This document shows, in pieces, positions 1-13,798 of a DNA stretch of 64,000 bases. The notes under the pieces are model-generated. The model was not told where the DNA came from. It ran no database searches and saw only the letters and a program-made list of their open reading frames with translations. Every line of letters begins with the position of its first letter. Within the stretch, counting starts at the first letter, position 1. Origin of the DNA: Nemertoderma westbladi (taxonomy: Eukaryota > Animalia > Xenacoelomorpha); contig JAUCBJ010005017.1 in the NCBI GenBank assembly GCA_032718475.1, forward strand, positions 516 to 64,515. Reading direction: 5' to 3'. A program made the translations under genes and the position numbers.

Positions 1-3000
1 CGAAGGTCCTCACCTGACTTCCGGATCCATGACCCCAGGTAACAGAAGTCGTCCACATGCTCAAGCATGCCACCCTTTGAGCTTATGCTCATCCGATCAG
101 AGACTTGCTGAGAACTTTCAAAGTTAACTGTCAAAATTTTGGTCTTTCTGGAGTTAATAAAAAGACCAACACTAGAAGCAGCATGTTCTAATGAGCTGAG
201 GAGCCGTTGGGCTCCATCTAGTGATTCTGAGAGTACTCCTAAGTCATCAGACAAAGTCTAGATCAGTTAGGTACTTGGCAGGATTTCCTCGACTTCTGGA
301 GCCAGTAGGTGGAGTTATCATCACCCCATCACCATTATGATGATCTAAGGACATGCGTAGAACATAGTCAACCACAATTATGAACAAGAATGGTGCAAGT
401 GTGTCTCCCTGGAGGACGCCCCATAACACTTCAAATGGTTCTGTGTCACCGTCAACAGTGGACACAAATGTTCTCGAACCATCGTATACTGATCTGATTG
501 CTGCAATAATTTCATCAGGAATCCCATATAATGAAAGTATGCTGTACATACGTGAGCGGGAGACTGAATCAAAGGCCTTGAAGAAGTCAACAAAGATAAC
601 AGCCAGATGCCTGTCTTTCTTTTTGATAACTCTTCAATTATCCTTCTAAGTGCCAAAATGGGCTCCATGGTCCCACGACCTTTACGGAACCCATTCTGAT
701 TTCCACGGAGTAGTCTCTCAATGGGATCCCTGATGCGATTTAATAGAATTCTATTATATAGCTTTGCAGCAATCGAGATCAATGAGATTCCCCGAAAAGA
801 ACCATAGAGTGTTAGGTTGCCCTTCTTGGGAACTGGCACCAACTTATATGTTTTCATTTCTTGTGGGACTCTTGTTGTACGGTACATGTCTACTATGATG
901 GGATAGATGAGCTTTAAACACTCAAGTATTTTAACACGTTAGCTGCGGATTGAGCACCGGTGCACAATTCGTGTTTTAACTTTACTGCGGCAGGTTTTAC
1001 TCCCTGTCAACTTCTTACTGCGGATTGAGCACCGGTGAACATGACCTGTGCAACCCTGTAGTGCGGAGCTATTTTGGCTTGGTTAGCCCTTAGTGCGGAG
1101 GCTATAAGTTGAGCACCGGTGCTCAAATACATCAGCTGTTGTCATATTCGGTATCTGTGACCTTTGTATGACTCATATATATATTTTTTTTGGGTTTGTG
1201 CACCGGTGCACAATCCGCACTACACAAGTGCCAGTGCGGATTGAGCGCCGGTGCTCAATATTTCCACTTATATAAATATGGCGGGATTTTTAAAATGCTC
1301 TACTGTAGCATTAGCTATTAGGCCTATTTGATTTAGTTCATTGTTAGTTAAGCAATAACAACTGTTTAACTGTTATACTTTTCATGTATTAATTTATATT
1401 GCATGAGCAAATGTGCTGTAACAATAACAATGTTATTTTATATTGTTTTACTTTATAAATGTTTTTAAAACCCAAATAATTGATTGAGGTGGGGGGGGGG
1501 GGGGGGGTCGTTAAACTGCAGACATTATCTACTATGGGGTTACCCCCTGAAATTTCGAAAGTGGCCAAAAGTAATTTACTAATGTGATGGGATAATTATT
1601 GGTACAGTTTTGAAAATTGTTAACTCCTGTAAGAGTAAAATCATAAAAAATATATAAAATTTTGATGAAATTCAAACCACTATCTCTGGACTGGACGGAG
1701 CTATTGAGATGCGGTTTTTTCTATGGTGGTTCTCCATTGTTTTATAAATACAATGATAGTGAATTTGAGCACCGGTGCCCAAAGGCATTCCCACAAAATG
1801 TAATTAACAAAAAGTAATTTGTTGAGCACCGGCGCACAATCCGCAGTTGAGGAACTGCACAGGAATGTTCACCGGTGCACAATCCGCACTAACTAAACGC
1901 CAAGCCTCAAATCCTGCCGCAGTCATGGAACAGCACATGGTTGTTCACCGGTGCACAATCCGCAGTAACAAAGAACCAGTGGTTTCGGAGCTGCAGCTAA
2001 CGTGTTAAAGACCTCAGGGGGAACACCATCTACTCCACTGGCACGATTGGTCTTAATGCTCTTTGCAGCAGCCTACACTTCTGCAAAGGAGATATCGCCA
2101 ATGGGAATATCTGGGAGTACAGACTCAGACACTTTTACTTCTATAAAGTTATCAGGCAATACCCTGTCATTATTGAGGAGCTTTTCAAAGTGGGCCTTCC
2201 AACCATTGAGGCGATCGGCTGGTGATTCAGCCTTAACCTTGGTGGTTGGTTGGCTTTTCCGCCCAGTATGCAAGTTGATCGATTTCCATGCCTGAGATGA
2301 TTGCCTGCTGTCGTCAGCATCATTGATGGCATCAACCTGTTGATTTATTAGCTCCTGTAGATTAACAGAGTACTGCCTGTTCAGGGACCTAGATGCAGCC
2401 TTAACTGCATTCTTGGCCGCTGTAGTCTGTTTGAGTCGGGACTCTATCTGCGCCTTAGATAGGTCATTTCGGCACTTCTGGATTTTGTTGTCAGTCCAGG
2501 GGGCCCTTTTCCTGTTTCGAGGGTATACAGGATCTGTTTCTGCAGCTGCTAACTTAACTGCTTCTGTGAAGGCAGTATAGCCCTCACAGTGATCTGCCGC
2601 CTCAGAGGCAAGAACACATACCTGTTGCTCAGCTGTAGTGTGAAACTGGATCTCACACTTGGCTGTTGCAACAGTCATGCCGCGGCAAGGCAGATTTTGT
2701 TGTTCTACTAGCACGCAGACTAAGTCTTACCTTGGCCACAATAAGGCGGTGATCACTGGAGAAGGGTCGAAGTGTAAATGCATTACAGTCTTGTATAGAG
2801 CTCCTGTACTTCCTACGAAACAGAATATGGTCTATCTGGGACTTGTGACCACTGGGTCCACTATGAGTCCATAGCTTTCCAGTTCGCTTCTTGAACTGGG
2901 TTCCAGCCGAAAACAATCCATTTCCTGAGATAAAATCCTGAAGATGGACGGAATTTCGGTTGACACTATTGCTGTAGACCCAGGGCGATGTAGGTGATTG

Positions 3001-3430
3001 ATGCAGACTTGCATTAAAGTCTCCCAGGAATGTTAAGAATGCATGCTGATCCACTCCATCAGTAGCTGCTTGTAGATTGTGGTAGAAATTTTCCACCTCC
3101 TCTACAGGGGCAACACTAGTTGGAGAGTAGCACACAATCAGAACCACCTAAGGAAACTTCTTAGCCAGTCTTCCAGAACATGAGAAGTGGCAACGGATGA
3201 TGCGGTTAGAGATTTGGTCTATTTTGTCCAATGCTGCATGTGCAGTTGGATTCATCAATAGACCAATACCACCATTGCCACTATCATCTACTGACGCGAG
3301 GGCGATTCGCCAACCGCCCCCCATGTCCTTAATCAGAACCTCATCAGTCTGTCCAGTCTGCGTTCGGTGCTCTTGAACACCCACTGCGCTAAGAGAAAGC
3401 TTATCTGCCAAGGCAGTCAGCTCACTCCAT
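1..3430 (-). mobile_element. RTE-clade LINE (AP endonuclease + RT), frameshifted, in an ALDH intron, runs off the left edge
   Basis: ORF pieces 3148-3411 (GVQEHR), 2653-3147 (CYSPT, LGDFNA, QIDHIL, SDHR), 2073-2714, 378-887 (PVPKKG, RGISL, QNGFRKGRGT) and 247-549 (GVLQGDTLAPFLF, LDF). Interrupted at 935-2004. The GC-rich sequence up to about 3870 may be its 5' UTR. Confidence 0.9.
935..2004. mobile_element. piggyBac-like non-autonomous element (MITE) inserted in the RTE
   Basis: 12-bp TIR CACGTTAGCTGC (935-946, 1993-2004) and TTAA TSD (931-934, 2005-2008). Many internal copies of GCGGATTGAGCACCGGTGCACAAT. The RTE copy near 53790 is uninterrupted at the equivalent TTAA. Confidence 0.88.
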
Positions 3431-4310
3431 AGTGGGGGGTTGGGGGGTGATTTTTTGCCGAGTCAGCTCTCGGGGCAAATACCACACCCTGGTTTGCCGT
3501 TCCACAGGGTGGGTGTCGCAGTGGAGTCAGATATGAGGCCCATCACCCGTATCTACTCTGGCGCACATGACCCACCATTGGCTGTGCAGCTCATCTGCTG
3601 GGTCATGCCCTGTACCCATGCTGCCAGGTGCAGGTCGCAGTGAAGTGCACTCAGAGTGAACATGAGAACACTCTACTCCTGGCCAGGCCATATACCCCTG
3701 CAGCAAAGTATATGGGTCCTTAATCCAGGACCAACGGCGTCCTTATCCCAGAACGAAGGGGGTCCTAGTTACAAGACCAGATTTGCCCTAGTAAGAGGGT
3801 CTATGCAGCTACAGGTGGCACCTCCTTTATGCTGCATGGAGGTGGCAGGTTTTCTTGATCAATGACCTAGAATACCTGACCTGACAAAATTGATGACAGA
3901 TGACAGATTGATACGCAAAGCCGGGTACACTACATATATACATACAAACAATACACGACACACATACAATGCTCACTTCTAAAACGAGCATTGTAGCAAA
4001 GTCGGTGCCCAAATTCAGCACCACCCTACAGCCGACAGACCCAACGAATGACACTTGCCAGCCACTACTATCGTAGAACTGACCACAACCAACCAGTGAT
4101 GATCTTATTCAATGGCATCCAGCTGGTGCGAGGAAAGTGTAGATCACCCATTGCATTCCCGAAACGCCAGTTTAAAGACATAGTTTTGAACATGCAGATT
4201 GATTGGTTACATTATAACGAGAGGGTGGGATGGGGTGGGGGTCGGGGTGGGGGGGAGGGGGGGGGGGGGGGGGGTGTGTTGCTTATTAAATGACGAATTT
4301 TATAATTTCC

Positions 4311-5660
4311 ATTTGGAGTGCTCATTTTTATCCAGATGAGGTCATAAATACTCAAGTCAGTGGTAAAAAATTTTCAGTGAAACGTTGGCATCTAGACTAT
4401 AGATGTGCCTCAAATCACTTTTATAAAGACCCCCTTACCGCTATTGATCGCGGTGGCTTGCACTTCTTGATGTCGTATTAAATTTATTTTGGGTGTTTTG
4501 GAATCGCAAGAAGTGATTTGGTGGGTTAGTCACCTTCAAAATGTTTGTAGAGTAATTAATTATCGAGATATTACACAAAAAGGTGTAGCGCGGCTCAATC
4601 CAATGTAGGTGTGAGCGTGCGACTATGTCAGATAGGAATTTCACGTAAAGTAAGACGTCCACTTATCGTATCGAATCAATAATTACATTCGAACAGCAAT
4701 CATCGTTTAGTGGGGGCAAACGCTTTCAAACTGAATGTAGCGTGATTAGTTTTCGATATAAGGGCACCAAATGTATTGGCTGCCACAATCAATAGAAGCA
4801 GGAATGTTGAATTGAAACGCCTATACATTTTAGGCCTATCTCGATAATCACTCTTCACTGAATTTTGAAGGTGTCCAGTCCACTACAACTGTCTACCCCC
4901 AATAAACCGATCATTGCGGTTCGAATCAGGGTTTGAAAAAGCAATGTTTTATTTCAAAAACTACAAAACAAAGTGTTTCTTTTTAATATATATTATATAT
5001 GATATATATTTCGTCTTTTATCGTTTTTTTTTTTAATGTATATATATGTATTTAAATATGTTGGTTGACCCATTTTTCAGGAATGACTTGTTGTATATGT
5101 TATTTGATTTCATACTGCGTCGTCCAATACAATCTAGAAATTGGCCCAACTCAATCAATAACTTCAAACTTAAACACCAAATGTGAAAATTCAAATCATT
5201 ATGTACATATTAAATTAAAAAAAATACAAAAATACAAAAAAAGGTTTTATTTAAAAAAAAACTACGAAAAAAAACAAGCAATTGAAAAAAAAAAACAATT
5301 CCAACCCGGTTCGAATGAGACAATTGTTGATTCGATGCGATAGACGTTTTATTTTAGTGAAATTCCTATCAGAGATTGACACAGTCGCTCCTACATTGGA
5401 TTGAGCCGCGCTACACCTTTTTGTGTAATATCTCGATAATTAATTACTCTACAAACATTTTGAAGGTGACTAACCCACCAAATCACTTCTTGCGATTCCA
5501 AAACACCAAAAATAAATTTAATACGACATCAAGAAGTGCAAAATATCGATTTTACCCAACCGCAGCTACCGCGATCAATAGCGGTTTGGCGCTCATTTAC
5601 CACTGACTTTTTCCGCACTTGACTTTAACCTCTTCCGGATAAAAATGTCGCCTCCACATT
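4311..5660. mobile_element. Foldback/MITE with long inverted arms
   Basis: About 4311-4690 is the near-identical reverse complement of about 5320-5660; the ORF track shows the same peptide on both strands (4441-4662 and 5376-5606). TSD not resolved. Confidence 0.7.
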
Positions 5661-5670
5661 ATATTATTAA

Positions 5671-6380
5671 CCCTTAAACTGGTGACGATTTTTCTAAAAC
5701 GCCATCTCCACTTGGTGAAAACTCAAATATAAGTTTTGCGATTGTTAGTTCTACTTGGTGGGAATTATTGATAAAATCTATTCTGACTTGGTGTAAACTC
5801 ATATATGAGTTACAGTAAAACCGGTCTGACTTGGTATCAACTCACATATGAGTTTCGGCTATACTTTTGGTTATCAGCTCCCAGGAAGGTGGCATTTACT
5901 TTTCTGTCAACGTCACCAGGCCCATTGTATTGGGCATGTTGATGAGCTTTGCAACAGTAGTTGAATCGACTCCAGACGAACAGTATATGCTAAACAACAC
6001 GGTAGTAAAGTGTGGGAAAATTGTCTAATTTAATCTAATGGCCGTTTCATTGTTATAAGTCACAGAAACAAACTGTATGCACCAGGTTGAAGGTCATTTT
6101 CTCCTCTTTCAGATGATATATATTATATCTCTCACCAAGGAGGAATAGCAAAAAAAACATAATCTCTAGTCTCTACCAAGTCCAGTCGATGGCTCATAAA
6201 CTCATATATGAGTTTTCACCAAGTGAACTAATTCTTCTTAAAAAAGAACCATCAAGAGGGAATAGACTTGAGAGAACTCAAATATGAGTTCTCACCAAGT
6301 CAGATAATACCATTAGAAAAATTCCCACCAAGTGGAATTGGCCCTCCCAACACTCATATGAGTTTTCACCAGTTTAAGGG
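5671..6380. mobile_element. piggyBac-like MITE
   Basis: 15-bp TIR CCCTTAAACTGGTGA, TTAA TSD (5667-5670, 6381-6384), repeated subterminal CTTGGTG..AACTCATATATGAGTT motifs. Confidence 0.9.
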
Positions 6381-7006
6381 TTAAGAAGCGGTCTAGGATT
6401 ACACACACGCCCACATTGTGAAATTTAGGGATAGGGAATTGTGGAATAGGGATGTTAATAATTATTATTATTTATAAGGGAAATGAGCAGGTTATATACA
6501 GCGACGTGTTATTATCTAAACAAAGACGAAATAATGAGTGTCAAGTCAATTCATTTAGCACATGCTAATGCTAATGTGCAACTTTTTGACGGTGAATTTT
6601 GATTGCACCTAGAGCCCCCCCCCCCCCCCCCCCCCCATCCCCTCCCCTTACATATTGAAGAGTGACAATAATAAACTTCCTCCAACTGTACTCCTATTGC
6701 ACTGATCGTAAAATAAGCTAATTTAAACAAAGTCTAGGAGATCTCATTATAATCCATTGTGTATCAGATTCACAATATGTATATTTTTATTAATGTATAA
6801 TAAAAATGTTGTATAATTGTATAATATTAGTTTCACGTTAAAACTTTGGCAGTGGGATGATATTTTCATGTAATTAAACATAATTATCCGTGCGTAAAGA
6901 ATTAGTAATAGGCTTATATAAAAGGAGAAAGGTGGAGCCAACTGCAGTCGCAGTTAGTAAGTAATATTATTATACATGTAATAAATAGGTAGTAAAACAG
7001 ACCCAC

Positions 7007-7361
7007 CTCAGTAGAGCCGGTAAAGGCGATCTTATTAACGTGCGGGTGGTCCACCAAGGCCCCACCAGCAGTGGGTCCGTAACCCGGTACAACGTTAACC
7101 ACGCCGGGAGGGAAACCGGCCTCGCGGGTCAGCTCGGCTATGTGCAACGCCGTTAGGGGCGTCTGCTCCGCGGGTTTCATCACCACGGTGGTCCCACAGG
7201 CCAGCGCCGGCGCCAGTTTCCATGCCTGCATGAGCGCGGGGAAGTTCCAGGGGATTATCTGACCGACTACGCCGACCGGTTCGTGGCGGGTGTATACGAA
7301 GAAGTTCCCGTCGGTAGGAATAGTCTGGCCGTGGATCTTGTCGGCCCAACCCGCATAGTAT
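7007..7361 (-). CDS. ALDH2: Aldehyde dehydrogenase (ALDH2-like), coding exon 3
   Basis: CAG acceptor, then [54 protein letters not shown], then GTGGGT donor. Phase matches exon 2. The catalytic-domain exons lie beyond the left edge. Confidence 0.9.
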
Positions 7362-7479
7362 CTGGTGATGTAATAATGACGGAGAGAAAATAAAAGTAGA
7401 GAAATAAGTTAAGTGAATAAATATTATAAATAATATAATAAATAATTATGTAACAATGGTGATGGAGCTTTGGTCTGTA

Positions 7480-7734
7480 AGCAAAGCAAAAGCAAACAGT
7501 CGGCCGAAGCCGGAGGCGACCCAAAGGCTCCTCTTTCGATAGCTGCTACCCGAGGGTAGGGTTGGGCGCTACTCCTATCCCAAGATTTGCTCCCAGTTAT
7601 TTAACTGGTACTTAACTGGTATTCATTTTATCGACCCCAGTGGATGAAAGGCTGAGTGGACCCTGTCGGGGGTGAACCTAAAACCAATAGATTGCAGGCC
7701 CGGCGCTCAACCAACTGAACTACCCCGCCTTTCG
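7480..7734 (-). mobile_element. tRNA-derived SINE with Nin/Deu-like core
   Basis: Minus strand GGCGGGGTAGTTCAGTTGG (A box) ... GGTTCACCCCC (B box), core CCACTCAGCCTTTCATCC..GGGGTCGATAAAATGAATACC, (TTTGC)n tail. 11-bp TSD TTTGGTCTGTA (7469-7479, 7735-7745). Confidence 0.82.
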
Positions 7735-7867
7735 TTTGGTCTGTAGGTTTAATAAATGGAATGAAAATACCGGTAAACAAAATCAATGATCATTATAAAA
7801 TACGAGATCAAATAAAACTTTACATGTTATTCCAGATTTGATAAAAAAAATGATCATTTAGTGAAAT

Positions 7868-10800
7868 ATAGTGCCTGCCTACTAACGGATAACCATTCTA
7901 TATATAGTGCCTAACTACTAACGGATAACCATTCTATAGTGCCTAACTACTAACGGATAACTATTCTATAGTGCCTAACTACTAACGGATAACCATTCTA
8001 TAGTGCCTAACTACTAACGGATAGGCTAACCATTCTATAGTGCCTAACTACTAACGGATAACTATTCTATAGTGCCTAACTACTAACGGATAACTAACTA
8101 TTCTATAGTGCCTAAACATTCTATAGTGCCTAACTACTAACGGATAACCATTCTATAGTGCCTAACTACTAACGGATAACTATTATATAGTGCCTAACTA
8201 CTAACAGATAACTAACTATTATATAGTGCCTAACCATTCTATAGTGCCTAACTACTAACGGATAACTATTCTATAGTGCCTAACTACTAACGGATAACTA
8301 TTCTATAGTGCCTAACTACTAACGGATAACCATTCTATAGTGCCTAACCATTCTATAGTGCCTAACTACTAACGGATAACTATTCTATAGTGCCTAACTA
8401 CTAACGGATAACATTTCTATAGTGCCTAACTACTAACGGATAACTATTCTTAGTGCCTAACTACTAACGGATACCATTCTATAGTGCCTAACCATTCTAT
8501 AGTGCCTAACTACTAACGGACTCTATAGTGCCTAACTACTAAAGGAGAATCTACTATTCTATAGTGCCTAGCTACTAACGGATAACTACTATTCTATAGT
8601 GCCTAACTACTAACGGATAACCATTCTATAGTGCCTAACTACTAACGGACTCTATAGTGCCTAACTACTAAAGGAGAATCTACTATTCTATAGTGCCTAG
8701 CTACTAACGGATAACTACTATTCTATAGTGCCTAACTACTAACGGATAACTATTTTATAGTGCCTAACTACTAACGGATAACTACTAATCTATAGTGCCT
8801 AACTACTAACGGATAACTATTTTATAGTGCCTAACTACTAACGGATAACTATTCTATAGTGCCTAACTACTAACGGATAACCATCATTCTATTGTGCCTA
8901 ACTACTAACGGATAACTACTATTCTATAGTGCCTAACTACTAACGGATAACTATTCTATAGTGCCTAACTATTAACGGATAACTATTCTATAGTGCCTAA
9001 CTACTAACGGATAACTACTATTCTATAGTCCCTAACTACTAACGGATAACTATTCTTAGTGCCTAACTACTAACGGATACCATTCTATAGTGCCTAACCA
9101 TTCTATAGTGCCTAACTACTAACGGACTCTATAGTGCCTAACTACTAAAGGAGAATCTACTATTCTATAGTGCCTAGCTACTAACGGATAACTACTATTC
9201 TATAGTGCCTAACTACTAACGGATAACTATTCTATAGTGCCTAACTACTAACGGATAACTATTTTATAGTGCCTAACTACTAACGGATAACTACTATTCT
9301 ATAGTGCCTAACTACTAACGGATAACTATTTTATAGTGCCTAACTACTAACGGATAACTATTCTATAGTGCCTAACTACTAACGGATAACCATCATTCTA
9401 TTGTGCCTAACTACTAACGGATAACTACTATTCTATAGTGCCTAACTACTAACGGATAACTATTCTATAGTGCCTAACTATTAACGGATAACTATTCTAT
9501 AGTGCCTAACTACTAACGGATAACTACTATTCTATAGTCCCTAACTACTAACGGATAACTAACTATTCTATAGTGCCTAAACATTCTATAGTGCCTAACT
9601 ACTAACGGATAACCATTCTATAGTGTCTAACTACTAACGGATAACTATTCTATAGTGCCTAACTACTAACGGATAACCATTCTATAGTGCCTAACCATTC
9701 TATAGTGCCTAACTACTAACGGATAACCATTCTATAGTGCCTAACTACTAACGGATAAGTTATCCGTTAGTAGTTAGGCGCTATAGAATAGTAATTCTAT
9801 AGTGCTAACTACTAACGGATAACTATTCCATGGTGCCTAACTACTAACAGATAACCATTCTATAGTGCCTAACCATTCTATAGTGCCTAACTACTAACGG
9901 ATAACCATTCTATAGTGCCTAACTACTAACGGATAAGTTATCCGTTAGTAGTTAGTAGTGCTGCGAACTGAAACTGAAACTGAACTGGAACTGAAATCGA
10001 ACTGAAATTGTTTTGGGCATTTTTTCTGAACTGGAACTGGAACTGAAACTTTAATTTTTTTAAAACTGAAACTGAAACTAGAACTGAAACGTGATATATT
10101 GAAATACTGGAACTGGAACTAGAACTGAATTCCTGAAAATTGAAAACTGGAAGTAATAAATTGAAAATAAATGTAAACATAAATTACAATATGCCCCCCC
10201 AGGGAATAAAAAAAACAAAACAATACGGTTACGGCATAAGTAAAGGCCTGTTTTCAGCTCCTCCCAGCGGAGTTTGTAATTATTAACTTTTGGGAAGGTA
10301 TTGCAAATGTTAATATTACCTGCACTTCCTTGCGGTGGTTTATATATGTATTATTCCTATATTCTGTCAATCAAATTACAACTACTATAATTATTATTCA
10401 GTTATTGTAGGATAATAATTAATATTCGTATAATTCTGGAATTCTCAACACTGGCCCATAAATATAAATATATACAGTTAGTACTGAATATATATACAGT
10501 ATTGTGGTTGCTATAGGATGACAGCGGTAGGCCTTCTTATTACTTATTATTGTTATGAAACTTGAATTGAAACTGAAACTATTTTTTTTCCGGAACTGGA
10601 ACTGGAACTTAAATAAACAGCCTCATTCAAACTGAAACTAGAACTGAAACTGAAACTATTTTTTTTTGGAAACTGTAACTGGAACTGGAACTGAAATAAA
10701 TAGGTTTATTCGAACTGAAACTGGAACTGAAACTGAAACTAGTCAAATATTGATTCAGTTCGCAGCACTAGTAGTTAGGCGCTATAGAATAGTAATTCTA

Positions 10801-11725
10801 TAGTGCTAACTACTAACGGATAACTATTCCATGGTGCCTAACTACTAACAGATAACCATTCTATAGTGCCTAACTACTAACGGATAACTATTCTATAGTG
10901 CCTAACTACTAACGGATAACTATTCTATAGTGCCTAACTATTAACGGATAACTATTCTATAGTGCCTAACCATTCTATAGTGCCTAACTACTAACGGATA
11001 ACCATTATATAGTGCCTAACTACTAACGGATAAGTTATCCGTTAGTAGTTAGGCGCTATAGAATAGTAATTCTATAGTGCTAACTACTAACGGATAACTA
11101 TTCCATGGTGCCTAACTACTAACAGATAACCATTCTATAGTGCTAACTACTAACCGATAACTAACTATTATATAGTGCCTAACTACTAACGGATAAGTTA
11201 TCCGATAGTAGTTAGGCACTATAGAATAGTAATTCTATAGTGCCTAACTACTAACGGATAACTATTCTATGGTGCCTAACTACTAACGGATAACCATTCT
11301 ATAGTGCCTAACTACTAACGGATAACCATTCTATAGTGCCTAACTACTAACGGATAACCCATTCTATAGTGCCTAACTACTAACGGATAACCATTCTATA
11401 GTGCCTAACTACTAACGGATAACTATTCTATAGTGCCTAACTACTAACGGATAACCATTCTATAGTGCCTAACTACTAACGGATAACCCATTCTATAGTG
11501 CCTAACTACTAACGGATAACCCATTCTATAGTGCCTAACTACTAACGGATAACCATTCTATAGTGCCTAACTACTAACGGATAACTATTCTATGGTGCCT
11601 AACTACTAACGGATAACCATTCTATGGTGCCTAACTACTAACGGATAACTATTCTATAGTGCCTAACCATTCTATAGTGCCTAACTACTAACGGATAACT
11701 ATTCTATAGTCTTTTTACGGATAAC
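7868..11725. repeat. 32-bp minisatellite (ATAGTGCCTAACTACTAACGGATAACYATTCT)n with inverted units
   Basis: Period of 32 bp read directly. Inverted monomers near 9757, 9936, 11034 and 11197. Interrupted by a hAT MITE. Lies in ALDH intron 2. Confidence 0.97.
9956..10770. mobile_element. hAT-like MITE inserted in the minisatellite
   Basis: 17-bp TIR TAGTGCTGCGAACTGAA, 8-bp TSD GTAGTTAG (9948-9955, 10771-10778; nTnnnnAn pattern), subterminal (AACTGA/AACTGG)n arrays. Confidence 0.9.
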
Positions 11726-13513
11726 CCTAGTTGGAACTTGAGCTGATTGTGCCCAGTATAATGTACGGCGCGAATTCTAGATAACCCAACTGTGAATATC
11801 GCGATTTTTTGAAAACGAAAGCCGGCACGCAGTACCAGCCGATTAGCTAGCCGTTATGGTACGAAGTTTTGAAAACCTGAACATGGACATAGACACAAAG
11901 TGCAAAACGCAATTCAGCTGTGTGTGGCACGTCTGCATCTGATCCAAGTTTTACATTAGTTTAAAAAATTCCACCCAATTCGCTCGCGTTTTTTTACAAT
12001 ATTATTGAGTTACCTTACTGAATGTCATAACTCTTTGTAGTTGTACTGTTGTCCGTCATCTATTACTGCTACTGCAGCATGAAGTAAACAAATACTTACT
12101 TAGGTTATACTAGCAAACCCGGCCCGCTTCGCGCGCCAGGCTTGCTAGTCTACAGTAGTATCTATTAATTCTGTAGATACTACTGTAGATGCTCACAAAG
12201 TTAGTTTGGATTGTCAAGCTGCAGTTGATGATGATATGTTTCACCAACATTCATTAATTTTAAAATAAATTTATCCTCACTCGCTTAGTTCCACTGAAGC
12301 TTAAGAAGACCTTAGATTTCTTACTGTAAAAGTATTCACTATCTATCTATCTATGTATTATGTATGTATGTATCTATGTATATCCGGTGAACTCCACCGA
12401 AGCTATAGCTTGTCCATCAATGAAAGTCATATCAATCGAAAACAGTGTCTGAACAGCGTCAGAACACAATGAAAGTGTCTTTTTTATTTCCAAAAATTAG
12501 CCCCAAAACACGAAAATTGCCATCAAATCAACAATAGAAACACCAGCTGCTGGTTCTCAGGAGGACCTAGTAAGCTACTACTATTTATTGAATGGATAGG
12601 CCCAAACTTGAGAAAAGTATATTGCTTGCCAAGTTTATATTATTATATCAATCTATCCCAGACAGTAATCAAACATCAACTGTTAGTTTATAATGTATTA
12701 CCACGCCAGCTGCATAGCCCATCCCAGTGAATCCTATGGGAATATCTATAAGGTTACTCACTGCTATGTTGGGTGGGAGGCCAGCTGATTGAATTCTGAT
12801 TGAATAATGAATGGGGAGGGACCCAACTACACACGTTTGACTATGGACGGTCTTCTTATAGCAGCTGGCTTTTTATTAACTGTGTTCGAATCTCAGAAGC
12901 TAAGACATTAATCGAATTGCAATAAATACCGAAAAAGTACTAAAAGTACCGAAAATATTCACTGCCTGTCGGTGAAAATTACTTTATACAGTGCCCAGGA
13001 CCACGCTGAATCCAACGGTAATTTCTCCATATCGCGAGAGCCAGTAGTTTAGGAGGAGATAAAGGAACAAAAAAACATATATATATACATACAAAATTTG
13101 AGCTTTAGATATAGAAAGAATATAGATGCACACAACACCACAAATAACATACAATATTTTATTTATAATATAATTTCTTTGAATGAAACTTGAATGAAAA
13201 TTAGGCCTAAAAGCCAATTCTGCCAACTGAAAGGGCTTAATTATTGAAGTTATTATTGTCTCATGCATTTTATCAATATACAGTATTTACCATTGATTAA
13301 ACCAATTGAATTTTATTAAATTCCTTTTTGTGGATGCAGCCGCAGCGGCATATATTTTGATGTGGCTCAGTGCGAATTTTAAGCAAGTCCGGGCGCGAAT
13401 TTATGTACCTTGCGCATCCGTTAAGTAGGCCTATTGATCTGTGACAACTAGGCGGATAACAGGATACCGTAACCAACACCTTCCATCGAGTCACCTGAAT
13501 AACGTACACTAAC

Positions 13514-13698
13514 CTGTAATGACGTATTGTCAGTTCCATATCGCCGTTGAAGGCGTCTCTATATGGTTTTCCATTGTCTATGCACTCCAAGCTGGCCAGT
13601 AGGGGTCTATCTCTTTCAATTAGATCAGCCAATCTGTTGAGCAGACGTCCGCGGTCAGAAGCGTCCATAGTTCGCCATTCAGAGCCGAGGGTGAATGC
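13514..13698 (-). CDS. ALDH2: ALDH2-like coding exon 2
   Basis: TTTAG acceptor, [53 protein letters not shown] donor (phase 2). Confidence 0.9.
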
Positions 13699-13798
13699 CT
13701 AAATGGAGTGGAAATAAAATTAAAATAGCAAGAAAATTTACCCCCTCAGAAAGTAAAACCGCTGGCAACATATTTTATATTTACCGGTGTTTACTTAC

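Noticed and set aside
3430-3870. HDV-like ribozyme in the RTE 5' region (also considered for about 52740-53130)
   Set aside because: GC-rich and hairpin-prone, but I could not assemble the nested double pseudoknot by eye; it needs a descriptor or covariance-model search.
7868-11725. Array of about 32-bp repeats as a possible CRISPR or coding repeat
   Set aside because: No unique spacers and no ORF; it is a minisatellite in an intron.
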